IMG/VR virus record: IMGVR_UViG_3300028833_000098
Coordinates: 45,745-109,744 of that record
Direction: 5' to 3' (one strand)
From: a virus
Lineage: Duplodnaviria > Caudoviricetes
DNA: 64,000 bases
Shown: piece after piece, positions 20,791 to 30,416 of the stretch
Layout: each line of letters begins with the position of its first letter
How positions within the stretch are numbered: the first letter of the stretch is position 1
Translations under genes and position numbers: made by a program
The notes under the pieces: generated by a model
Told to the model about the DNA's origin: nothing
What the model saw: only the letters and a program-made list of their open reading frames with translations
Database searches by the model: none

Positions 20791-21477
20791 TCATAAAGTA
20801 GATTGGCCACTATCTGATTGACCAACCACATATTCTGGACGAGTAGAATATATGCATGTCGCTTCTATTGATTTCACCCAGAATTCATTTCCTTGAGGGT
20901 TTATATCAGAATCATATAATATATTTGTGATCATTAATATTACTTTTGTTTCTTGAGAATTATTCCCTATACGCTTACCATCTTCTGCAGCGATTTTATA
21001 TGGAGACTGTGTCCAATCAACCGATCGGAATGTGGGACCTGTTACGAGTTGTATCAGCTCACCATTGAATGGTTGGAATGAAGTCCAGTTACTACCTTTT
21101 GCAGATAGAGGGAAATCGATCTCATTGCATACGTCAGACATTGTTTTGACAGTTGATGTATATGCTATTTGAGTTTCACTTCTACTACCAGCTTTGAATA
21201 ATCCGAATGTAAATATTAGACCAGTGACATCACGGTTGATATCAACAAAATCATCGATTCTTGGATGTCCTGGATATGTTCCTGGTCCAGGTTCGGTTGA
21301 CCAGTTATCAGAAGAAGAACCCGATTTACCAGTAAGATCATCAACATGTAGTCCTTTCTGACCATCAGTTCCGGTATCAATTATTTGAATATTGTCACCG
21401 GCGTATCTTACTGACAATTTGTTATTCTGATCAAATCCTAATCCATCGCCAACATTCAGTTTTAACTGATATTTCAT
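20791..21477 (-). CDS. Tail-fibre-associated protein
   Basis: N-terminal LNVGDGLGFDQNNKLSV fibre-shaft-like repeat. Confidence 0.5.
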   Translation of the reverse strand: MKYQLKLNVGDGLGFDQNNKLSVRYAGDNIQIIDTGTDGQKGLHVDDLTGKSGSSSDNWSTEPGPGTYPGHPRIDDFVDINRDVTGLIFTFGLFKAGSRSETQIAYTSTVKTMSDVCNEIDFPLSAKGSNWTSFQPFNGELIQLVTGPTFRSVDWTQSPYKIAAEDGKRIGNNSQETKVILMITNILYDSDINPQGNEFWVKSIEATCIYSTRPEYVVGQSDSGQSTL

Positions 21478-21857
21478 TATTGACCACCTCCTGCGTTAAT
21501 CATATAATATGCAACGCAATCAGAAGCGATTGTATTTCCTGATAACTTTGATATTACAACACCATCATTTGCACGAATAAATTCAGATTGTCCTTCATAC
21601 TTTTTATGACGAGATACAGTTGAATTCATTCCAACAATATCCAATGGAGTAGACATATCGTTGTTATCAGCTGGACCTATGCAGTTTCCAGGAATATTAA
21701 ATATCCCGGATCCAGATGAGGATCCGGGAGTTGCAATCAGATTACCAGAGGAATCAAATGATAAACCCTGGTTCTCTGCAGATGATAACTTAAGCTTCAT
21801 AGCTCCATGTTCATCAAATGTTATAGTATTTGAATCAACAGTTACTTGAAGTATCAT
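21477..21857 (-). CDS. Tail-fibre-associated small protein
   Basis: VDSNTITFDEHGAMKL / QGLSFDSSGNL shaft-like repeats. Confidence 0.5.
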   Translation of the reverse strand: MILQVTVDSNTITFDEHGAMKLKLSSAENQGLSFDSSGNLIATPGSSSGSGIFNIPGNCIGPADNNDMSTPLDIVGMNSTVSRHKKYEGQSEFIRANDGVVISKLSGNTIASDCVAYYMINAGGGQ

Positions 21858-21868
21858 TTAATCCCTCC

Positions 21869-22336
21869 TTAGTTACATGATGCATCAGCCGGTACAGTAG
21901 CAACAACTGATGATGCAAGTGTTACATTAGTACCAGATGTTTTTAAAATAACATAATACTTGTATACATTGTTCTCGGTGTCGAGTACACGGAACATATC
22001 ACCAGGTAATATTATATCACATGGACGAATTGATATATCACTACCATCAGCTTGTGTACATGTAAAAGTACGATGTACTATGTCCGGTGCAACAACACGT
22101 TTTGGATATGATGTTGAACTGGTTGTTGATGTTATTCCAACCTGAATACCATTGTTTGACCGATAGTTATCAGGGAAACCATCCGTACCAGATCCAGGTT
22201 TTTGTTCTGCGTACAAGCCATCCTCTTTAACAACCAATGCTGTTTTGTCACCATCTTTCAAAGATCGTCTTATACGTAATTCACGATTTGAATTACGTTC
22301 AATTGAAAGATTGTAATTTACTTTGAGTTCAGGCAT
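21869..22336 (-). CDS. Tail-fibre-associated small protein
   Basis: ALVVKEDGLYA shaft-like motif; same operon. Confidence 0.45.
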   Translation of the reverse strand: MPELKVNYNLSIERNSNRELRIRRSLKDGDKTALVVKEDGLYAEQKPGSGTDGFPDNYRSNNGIQVGITSTTSSTSYPKRVVAPDIVHRTFTCTQADGSDISIRPCDIILPGDMFRVLDTENNVYKYYVILKTSGTNVTLASSVVATVPADASCN

Positions 22337-22356
22337 ATCTTATGTACACCTCCTCA

Positions 22357-25300
22357 TTATGGTTCATCGGTCGGTTCGGGATCAGGTACAAGTATCAAAC
22401 CAGGGCCAAGAGTAATTGTAACAGGCGATGTTCCATTGTATTCAATGTTGTTTGTTCCATCAGTGATAGTGAGGAGTTCTCCACCTCCACCTCCGCCGGC
22501 GTAATTTGGTGAGATTTTGAGATTACCCTCTTCATCTATACAGAGTTCACCATTATCGGTGACATCCTGATATTTCGATAATCTTACACCAAGAACATTG
22601 TTGCTATAAATACGCAAACCTTTTGATCCAGAACCTGTTGAATCGAATTGTTGACGACCATTCTCTGTTGTTGAATCATATTCACTGTTCTCATTGACTC
22701 TGACACCAAGGAATCCATTTGTATTGAATCTGAGTCCTCCATTGTAATATGGACTGAATGCCTCATCGAAATCTGGATCTGTTGATTTTGTACCATTTGA
22801 ATAGTCATATATCTTAACAGATACAGATGGTTTGAATTGTCCAGATGTTGAAGAAGTTATACCCTGGAACTCATTCAGATTTATATCGAGACCAGGCATG
22901 AATGAACCATCTTCTGCAGTTGAGAATTGACGTACATAACATGGATCGCCAGCTTCATCAGAAGATATGATACCATATTCTTCTTTGATGAATCTTTGCC
23001 ATGCTTGAAGAGCTGTCTCACCAGGTCTAATGTATCCATCACCGGTACCATTCAGAGCGTAATATTTTAATACACCTGAAGCGTCAACTGCATTAACATT
23101 TCCATCATGAGTAATATCTAGGGTGCCAAGCAGTTGTGATGTTAAATCAAGTATTGGTGATATCTCGTAGGTAAGTGTCGACGAATTGTAATGTGCTTCA
23201 TATGTAACATGGTAATATCTTCCATTATACATATCTTCAGGACGTTCAGTCATATCGGTATATCTCTTACCATCAACATAGTCTATTCGATGTATATAAT
23301 TCGGGTCACTATAGAAAATTCCGTTATTAAGATATCCTTGAATTGCCGTTTGTTCAGCAGCATATACTGCAAGAATTTGGGATGCCTGTACAGCGGTTAC
23401 TGGTGAATGAAGAAGTGGGAAGTCGACAATTTCAGGAACTCTCCATGTATATGCCGACACAACTATCTCCATAGTATCTCCGTTTATTGCTTCAACAACA
23501 TATACCTTGTTTGTTTCACCAGGATTCGGAAGAGATGCATATGACGGATAGTATTGATACATTGGTTCATATGTGGATTCCGATGCATTCCATACATAAC
23601 GTTTCTTTTTGTCTGCGTCAAAGTAGATTACTTCATTTTCACCATTAACAGGGAATGATTCTACACTGGGATATTCCTGTGTTACCCAACCCTTGAAATA
23701 GATATGTGGTGCTATTGAATTTTCATCAGCATTCTTTATTTCCAATGGATTGGTATATGTTTTTGATTCCCTGTAGAGCTGTATTCCAACGACATTGTCA
23801 TTCGAAATACCAACTGCGGCACTACCGAGACGTGGAACAATTTCTCTACTATTGACACGAAGACCTATTGATGAAACATAATCTGATGATGATCCAGGTG
23901 TGATGTATCTCAATCCACCATATAACGATCTTGCAATGGTATGTGTGTTTACATCAGGATCAGAGAAATTCACATCGAATATTGATGGTGTCACGAATCC
24001 ATAGTTTTTATCAACAACGACATATTGATTTATCTCATAACAGTAATTCTTTTGCGAAATTCTGTCATAATAGAAACCAAAGTTGGTTGGTGTTATTGGA
24101 TCAGAATATGTTTCACCATCATATGTCTCATAGAATATATTCTCGTGATAGTAACCCGGTGTCGCATTGGATATTCCTTCGTATACATTTACACCAAACC
24201 TGTTGAACTTGGACATTCTCATTCCAAGGCCCTTGTTTATTGTAAGACCTGGAGTTATTTTCAATGCTCCATCCACACCTTCTGTGGTTGTTAGACCTCC
24301 ACCAAGTTGATTATACCATGGCAATTGTCTAAGTGATTCAATCTTGGATATCTTTACTCCAAGTTTATTATCACCTGCATCACCAAGTGAGAAATCATCA
24401 ACTCTCACATTGATCTTACCACCATCATAGTATCCGGATGCAAGTTTTGCTGAAGCATCGTCACCAACATTTGTACCTATCTCAAGGAAGTTACCAACGT
24501 TTACGGCGAGACCACCTGATGATGACATATCACCTGATCCATCGATAGGTGTACTCAAATTATCAGATGTATCATTGTCAGATTTACCCAATAGAGAATT
24601 GGTGATAGCCTCTGAATCTTTGATTATCCTTAAACCTGACATGTTGTATGCATTCTTATCAGAAGCAGACATCTTCTTGAGTAAGTTAATACCAAGAAAT
24701 GATTCTGTTGTTAACGATTGTGATACCGTTGGTACGGAAACAGGCCAGTTTGTTATTGGACTATTACGGTCCGTGAATGAATTGTAAGGTATAACATTCA
24801 ATGAGAAATCGGGTGCAATAAAAGTACCGTTTGATTTTCTTAAAGTATTATGAGTTTCGCCGATCGGTGTTACTGTATAATGCTCTTTACTGATAGCTAT
24901 ACTAGGATTCTCAAAACTTGCATTGTTAAATGCATTAAGACCTGATATGTTATCAGTAACATTGTTTGAATCTATCTTACCATGGATAAGATCTATACCT
25001 ATCATTGATGATTGAACATCCATAGATGATGTATGTGTATCATAATACTTGAGGCCCATACCAACATAAGGCTTTATGGTAAAGAACTCAACCGTATATT
25101 TAGACCCTTCAACTGATGCGTCGTATACCGTTGTGACTCTGCCTATACAAGACTCCCTACAAACATAATCAGTATCGAGGTTTTGTTTAAGGGTACCGTC
25201 TGCGGTTCTGTAATTTTCATCAGAGAAACTCGTGAGTATCAGATCATTAACTTTGAAAGTTTGAGCTGTTTTAGCAGTACCAATCTCGTTACCATTGATC

Positions 25301-26085
25301 TTTATAAGAATATCCTTTGTATCCGATGACTGTTCATCATCTACATATAAAAGACCATCTGCACCCTCACCTGTTGCGCCATATACACCATCGAAGAAGA
25401 ATACTTCAGGAGCAATTTTTGATTTATCTATGTACAAACCATTCATTGCTTTTGACGCACTCTCTTCATACAGTTTTAGAGCGTCTTCACCATTTCTGAT
25501 GTTTACACCAAGACCTCCACCACGTAAATCTTTTCCGTTAACACTTTCGTCGTATATCAACGATGCATCAGTGTAACCAACTACGTTTATAGGTAACATG
25601 CTTAAAGCAATAATGTTTTCAGCAGTATCCCAATATGTATAGCCTATATATGATTTACGATCACTATTTGAATATGATTTGATATAGAATGGAATGTTTG
25701 CATGACCTTTGTCATGTGACCATGATTCCATTTCAAGACTGAGATCAGCAATTGTATCAAATAGCATTAATCTCTTGATACCGAACTCCGCAGCAAGTTC
25801 ATCAATAACCCAATCTTTTATTGTTGAGAACGAGACATTGGTAACATTACCAAGGCCGACATCAGCTGCTGTTATTACAACAACACCGTCTCTACCATTT
25901 ACAGAATTAACAATACGAGAAAGTGTGTTGTTAATAGCCTGCCACATCTTTTCGATTGTTATGCTAAGAGGTACTCCAGCACTTTCGTCATCAACGGATT
26001 TTGTGTTAGTGATAGGGTTTATATCAGATAGAGCAACACCATCACCAACGATTTCTTCACGTTTTAACTGAATACGATCCTGCAT
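22357..26085 (-). CDS. Long tail fibre protein with beta-shaft repeats and a dockerin-like module
   Basis: ATG 26085 after AAAGGAG; VNSVNGRDGVVVITAADVGLGNV fibre motif; many GGL(G/A)V(N/R) repeats; DITHDGNVNAVDASGVLKYYA dockerin repeat. Confidence 0.75.
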   Translation of the reverse strand: MQDRIQLKREEIVGDGVALSDINPITNTKSVDDESAGVPLSITIEKMWQAINNTLSRIVNSVNGRDGVVVITAADVGLGNVTNVSFSTIKDWVIDELAAEFGIKRLMLFDTIADLSLEMESWSHDKGHANIPFYIKSYSNSDRKSYIGYTYWDTAENIIALSMLPINVVGYTDASLIYDESVNGKDLRGGGLGVNIRNGEDALKLYEESASKAMNGLYIDKSKIAPEVFFFDGVYGATGEGADGLLYVDDEQSSDTKDILIKINGNEIGTAKTAQTFKVNDLILTSFSDENYRTADGTLKQNLDTDYVCRESCIGRVTTVYDASVEGSKYTVEFFTIKPYVGMGLKYYDTHTSSMDVQSSMIGIDLIHGKIDSNNVTDNISGLNAFNNASFENPSIAISKEHYTVTPIGETHNTLRKSNGTFIAPDFSLNVIPYNSFTDRNSPITNWPVSVPTVSQSLTTESFLGINLLKKMSASDKNAYNMSGLRIIKDSEAITNSLLGKSDNDTSDNLSTPIDGSGDMSSSGGLAVNVGNFLEIGTNVGDDASAKLASGYYDGGKINVRVDDFSLGDAGDNKLGVKISKIESLRQLPWYNQLGGGLTTTEGVDGALKITPGLTINKGLGMRMSKFNRFGVNVYEGISNATPGYYHENIFYETYDGETYSDPITPTNFGFYYDRISQKNYCYEINQYVVVDKNYGFVTPSIFDVNFSDPDVNTHTIARSLYGGLRYITPGSSSDYVSSIGLRVNSREIVPRLGSAAVGISNDNVVGIQLYRESKTYTNPLEIKNADENSIAPHIYFKGWVTQEYPSVESFPVNGENEVIYFDADKKKRYVWNASESTYEPMYQYYPSYASLPNPGETNKVYVVEAINGDTMEIVVSAYTWRVPEIVDFPLLHSPVTAVQASQILAVYAAEQTAIQGYLNNGIFYSDPNYIHRIDYVDGKRYTDMTERPEDMYNGRYYHVTYEAHYNSSTLTYEISPILDLTSQLLGTLDITHDGNVNAVDASGVLKYYALNGTGDGYIRPGETALQAWQRFIKEEYGIISSDEAGDPCYVRQFSTAEDGSFMPGLDINLNEFQGITSSTSGQFKPSVSVKIYDYSNGTKSTDPDFDEAFSPYYNGGLRFNTNGFLGVRVNENSEYDSTTENGRQQFDSTGSGSKGLRIYSNNVLGVRLSKYQDVTDNGELCIDEEGNLKISPNYAGGGGGGELLTITDGTNNIEYNGTSPVTITLGPGLILVPDPEPTDEP

Positions 26086-26233
26086 TATTTTCACTCCTTT
26101 ATGAAATAAATAATTATGGTTGATATAATTCTCGACCAAACCATAATGTATGTTTTAACCATTTACAGGTAAACTTACCTCGAGGTTTCTTATACATATA
26201 TAATACAAATGATTTTTGATAGGAGGCATTTTT

Positions 26234-29200
26234 ATGGCTGACGAAAATATCATGCTTAATAACTATTCTGATGATAGTCAAATTAAGTCATTCATGATGA
26301 ATGTATTGGCTCCAAGAGTATTCCATGATATACCAATAAATGTATTAAACTCGGGAATGTTCTCTTTGACGTCTGAATACATTTCTCAAATTACAGAACA
26401 GCTTTCGTTTACTTCGTCATTCTATTTCAATGAAGGATTCATAACAAAGGCTGTATTGCCCGATTCAATATATGCAGAAGCTGCTATATTTAACATCGGT
26501 TATTCATTCGCAACACCTGCATCAACAAACATTCTTCTTGAGTTGCGTATCAGTGATATCTACAATAATGCAGTATTCAACGCAACAAATGGACTATATG
26601 AATTTATCCTCGATAAGAACACAAAGTTCAATCTTCCAGAAGGATATACATATTCTCTGGATTATGATATTCTTATTCAATATAAGGATAAAGAATCATC
26701 AAGTACAGCTTCTTCAATTCCTGCATGGAATGTACAATACACAAATATGGATGAACCTAATGTATGTGCAACAAACAAGAGAACCTATATCACATACAGG
26801 GTTACTGATGTTTGGTTATGTCTGATGGTACAAGTAAATGAATATGAGCGTTCAACATATTCAGTTGTAAATACAATGACAAATGGTGTACCAAACGAGG
26901 ATAAGGTCATATCTTGTCAAAACCATATTGCGGGTTTTGATGTTACCTATATCGATGGAAACGGAAATAGAACCCCTCTACCAAGGAATCATATACTTGC
27001 TATACATGATACTGTACCTGATGGAGATCCATATGTTCATTACATAATGGACAACCAGCAGACAATCAGATTCTTATGGCAGTTTAATGGTTCAAGATAC
27101 TTCATTCCTGAACCAAATTCGTCATTTGAGATTGTTGTTTATACGTGTCATGGTAAATCAGCGAATGCACCAAACTACAAGAATGAAAAACAGCCTTCCG
27201 TAATTGCAGCTTCGAATAGATTTACCAATAATGCAAATGTAACAAAAGCTGCATTTGTCATAGGAGGATGTGTTGGTGGAACTGATATAGGTTCTGTCGA
27301 GTCAGTACGCAGAGATACAATTGAGGCTTATAATACAGCAAATGTTCTTTCAACCGACCACGACCTTGATGAATGGTTTAAGACATTCTACTTTAAGAAT
27401 GTTCTGTATCCATATTTCTTCAAGAGAAGAGACGATCCTTGGTGTAGAACATGGAGCGGTTATATTGCATTAAACGAAAATGACAATTATATCTACAAGA
27501 CAAATACCCTGCATGCTCATCTCACATATAGAGAATTATATAATAATGCTGATAACACCGTATCTAAAAATGAAATAATCATTCCTCCAGGATGGGTTTG
27601 GGTATATACTGATGACACCTATAGTGAACGCGATAAATACGTGGTTGTTCCATATACAAAGGCTGACGGAAAAACTATCGAGAATGCAAGAACACTTGCG
27701 ACAATAAATGATGAGTTTGTTTTCGCAAATCCTTTCGGTATTCGTATACAGAAAGATCCCTTTGCAATAGGATATTTTAATCCATGGGTAAATCAGTTCG
27801 TGACAGGTACAAGAATTACTAAGAATGAAGTAATCAATGTGAATGAAATAGATGATAATGATGTTGCATTCAGCTATCATGCATCACACATTATTTCAAA
27901 TATAGTAAGAACATACAAGGATGACTGCTATACTCTGACAACTCATATACTACCAACAGTTCCAAGTGATTCATCAACAGGAAGTACAGAAGAACTGGTT
28001 AAGCATGTACGTGTAAATGTGATACCTCCACAGTTTACAGCGAAAATGTTTGAGTATTTCCAAAATGTTCAAGACATATATGCTGAAACAATCCCAATGC
28101 TTGTAAGAACGAATGAAACTGATAGAATACCTTTCAATCCGGAAAGGACATATCTGTGTGCAACAAAGAATCAGGGTGTTCCGGAGAACGGTGATGATCC
28201 AAGAATCAATGCAAGTGATTGGATCCTTGGAAGAATATGGCTTGAGGACAATACGAATTCTGATGGTAAAGTATATCAGCTTCCTATTACTGCATCTGGA
28301 ATACAAACATTTGGTTCGGATGATATTTGGGGAGAAAATGGTATTGCTGAAGGTCAGGAAACAAGTGAGGATGTAACAATCACAATCGCACCTGGTTTGG
28401 AAGATGATTCACTGATATCATTTGAAAGAGTTGCCTCACAGAATTATTATGAGATGAGACTGAAAGAATCTTCATCACGTGGTTCTATAACAAAAATAAC
28501 CGTTGGTGAAGTATCAGAAACAGACTTACAAAAGTTTGGTGAAAATAAACTCGTTCGTTTGGGAAAGAGTTATCAGCCAACGATATATATCAACGTATAT
28601 TACAATATCACAAACAGTAGTGGTGATCCGGTAACAGAACATGTGTCTTATGCTATATCGAATGCTGCAAATATTTATTCCCCCGGCTACATAAGCACTT
28701 CACCAGATCCTTCAAATCCAACATATACTTGGGTAAGGAATGAAGAGGAAGGCGTTTATGAATGTGACTTTAATAATGTTGGCCCGACAGGAATAATTCT
28801 GTATGCTGATATGAAACCGGCACCTCAATCAGGATCATATTCATATTATCGTGTAAAGTTTTCTGATATTCCTGCAAACACACCTTTGTTCTATGTACAC
28901 TCCGATGAATTCCCAATGGATGAAAACTACATGCGTGTCGTTGCACATGCTCTTGTGAACGGTTCTGAAACAGGATATGTTGAGATGCAACCTGTTAAAC
29001 GTGAATCAGATGGTTCATATGAATATCAGGTTACAATGTATCCACTCAACGAACTCATTGACATTGATAACAGAATCAACATTTCATCCGTATATAATGG
29101 CGGTGGTAGTTGGATACCTACAAACGTAGCAACAAGTGTATCATTAGATGCATCTGATCCACAGATAAAGATATCAGTATTGATGAAAACCAAGAATCCT

Positions 29201-30379
29201 GATAGACCTTCGGAGGTATCTTCTGATAGTAACTTCGCAGGGTATAAGATCGTGGACGAATATATGCTGGATGATCTTTCACTGGTTCAGGAGCTTAAAG
29301 AAATGCGCAGTGTTGTTAAGTTTGAAGATACAACAGAACCCACAGAAGATCAATATCAATTGTACAAAGATTACATGGCATTGGTTGATGAGAATCCTTC
29401 GTCACCAACGAATCTCTTCTTCATGATTAAATATGCTTACAACAGAGCATATGATAAGATAATTGATCCCGAACCAGTTGTATCATTTGAGATATTTAAA
29501 CAGGCTGCAAATGAGAATCTCATAAAGTTCTCGATGTTGTGTAAGAGATATGATGAGGTAATGTCTGACTTTGATCGTCCTAAATGGTTCTCCACATACA
29601 TGGAACTTCTGCATACAATAACAGAAATGACATCATATACAGACGTCGAGGACTGGATGGTCATGTACAATACATTGAACTCATATGTCATGAATGTAAA
29701 TGCAACATTCGGCGATACAACTGTAAATGTCAACGGCGGTATAGAGATTCAGCTCGTACCATTCGTTGAATCATCTTTGATGACATCTGTTGATAATGAT
29801 GGACGTTACAGATTTGCTGATTTTGTATCCGCATTTACTCAGGTACATAAAGCAATCGAACCTGTTATATTCAAGAGACTTGATGGAAATCATTATCTTG
29901 ATTGCAAGCTCATCGGCACATATGGTAAATCTCGTACATATGTATCTGATACAAGTCCCGACGAGTTCTGGCCAAGTTTAAATCTTCAGCTTGAATTCGA
30001 TGTAAGGTTATTCAATAAGAGTCTGTCTACGAACACTATCAATGAACTCAGATTGATCGTTAAATCATACTTCAATAGAATTACAACAGTTCATTCTCCA
30101 AATAGAGATACCAATATGGATAACAACATCTACATTTCACATCTCATTCAACAGATGGAAGCACATGATAATGTAGCATGGATGAAGTTCAAAGGTTGGT
30201 ATACTAACAAGAAGGATGATACATCATACTACAAAGATGCTAATACGCAGGCCATAGAACTTAAATGGAATCAGCTTGAAGAAATGGGTAGATATGAAAA
30301 TGGTGAATCTCGTTTAGAGAACTTTACACCAGAGATGTTTATCCTTGAAGATGATAACATTGTGATCAATATTGTATAA
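26234..30379 (+). CDS. Baseplate wedge protein
   Basis: About 1381 aa; NEGFITKAVLPDSIY, YTCHGKSAN, GGTDIGSVESVR and FFKRRDD motifs of gp6-like jumbo-phage wedge proteins; ATG 26234 after AGGAGG. Confidence 0.7.
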   Translation: MADENIMLNNYSDDSQIKSFMMNVLAPRVFHDIPINVLNSGMFSLTSEYISQITEQLSFTSSFYFNEGFITKAVLPDSIYAEAAIFNIGYSFATPASTNILLELRISDIYNNAVFNATNGLYEFILDKNTKFNLPEGYTYSLDYDILIQYKDKESSSTASSIPAWNVQYTNMDEPNVCATNKRTYITYRVTDVWLCLMVQVNEYERSTYSVVNTMTNGVPNEDKVISCQNHIAGFDVTYIDGNGNRTPLPRNHILAIHDTVPDGDPYVHYIMDNQQTIRFLWQFNGSRYFIPEPNSSFEIVVYTCHGKSANAPNYKNEKQPSVIAASNRFTNNANVTKAAFVIGGCVGGTDIGSVESVRRDTIEAYNTANVLSTDHDLDEWFKTFYFKNVLYPYFFKRRDDPWCRTWSGYIALNENDNYIYKTNTLHAHLTYRELYNNADNTVSKNEIIIPPGWVWVYTDDTYSERDKYVVVPYTKADGKTIENARTLATINDEFVFANPFGIRIQKDPFAIGYFNPWVNQFVTGTRITKNEVINVNEIDDNDVAFSYHASHIISNIVRTYKDDCYTLTTHILPTVPSDSSTGSTEELVKHVRVNVIPPQFTAKMFEYFQNVQDIYAETIPMLVRTNETDRIPFNPERTYLCATKNQGVPENGDDPRINASDWILGRIWLEDNTNSDGKVYQLPITASGIQTFGSDDIWGENGIAEGQETSEDVTITIAPGLEDDSLISFERVASQNYYEMRLKESSSRGSITKITVGEVSETDLQKFGENKLVRLGKSYQPTIYINVYYNITNSSGDPVTEHVSYAISNAANIYSPGYISTSPDPSNPTYTWVRNEEEGVYECDFNNVGPTGIILYADMKPAPQSGSYSYYRVKFSDIPANTPLFYVHSDEFPMDENYMRVVAHALVNGSETGYVEMQPVKRESDGSYEYQVTMYPLNELIDIDNRINISSVYNGGGSWIPTNVATSVSLDASDPQIKISVLMKTKNPDRPSEVSSDSNFAGYKIVDEYMLDDLSLVQELKEMRSVVKFEDTTEPTEDQYQLYKDYMALVDENPSSPTNLFFMIKYAYNRAYDKIIDPEPVVSFEIFKQAANENLIKFSMLCKRYDEVMSDFDRPKWFSTYMELLHTITEMTSYTDVEDWMVMYNTLNSYVMNVNATFGDTTVNVNGGIEIQLVPFVESSLMTSVDNDGRYRFADFVSAFTQVHKAIEPVIFKRLDGNHYLDCKLIGTYGKSRTYVSDTSPDEFWPSLNLQLEFDVRLFNKSLSTNTINELRLIVKSYFNRITTVHSPNRDTNMDNNIYISHLIQQMEAHDNVAWMKFKGWYTNKKDDTSYYKDANTQAIELKWNQLEEMGRYENGESRLENFTPEMFILEDDNIVINIV

Positions 30380-30381
30380 AA

Positions 30382-30408
30382 TATATGGGGGCTTTACGCC
30401 CCCATATA
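30382..30408. terminator. Bidirectional terminator
   Basis: TATATGGGGGC-TTTAC-GCCCCCATATA between convergent genes. Confidence 0.8.
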
Positions 30409-30416
30409 ATTCTTTG

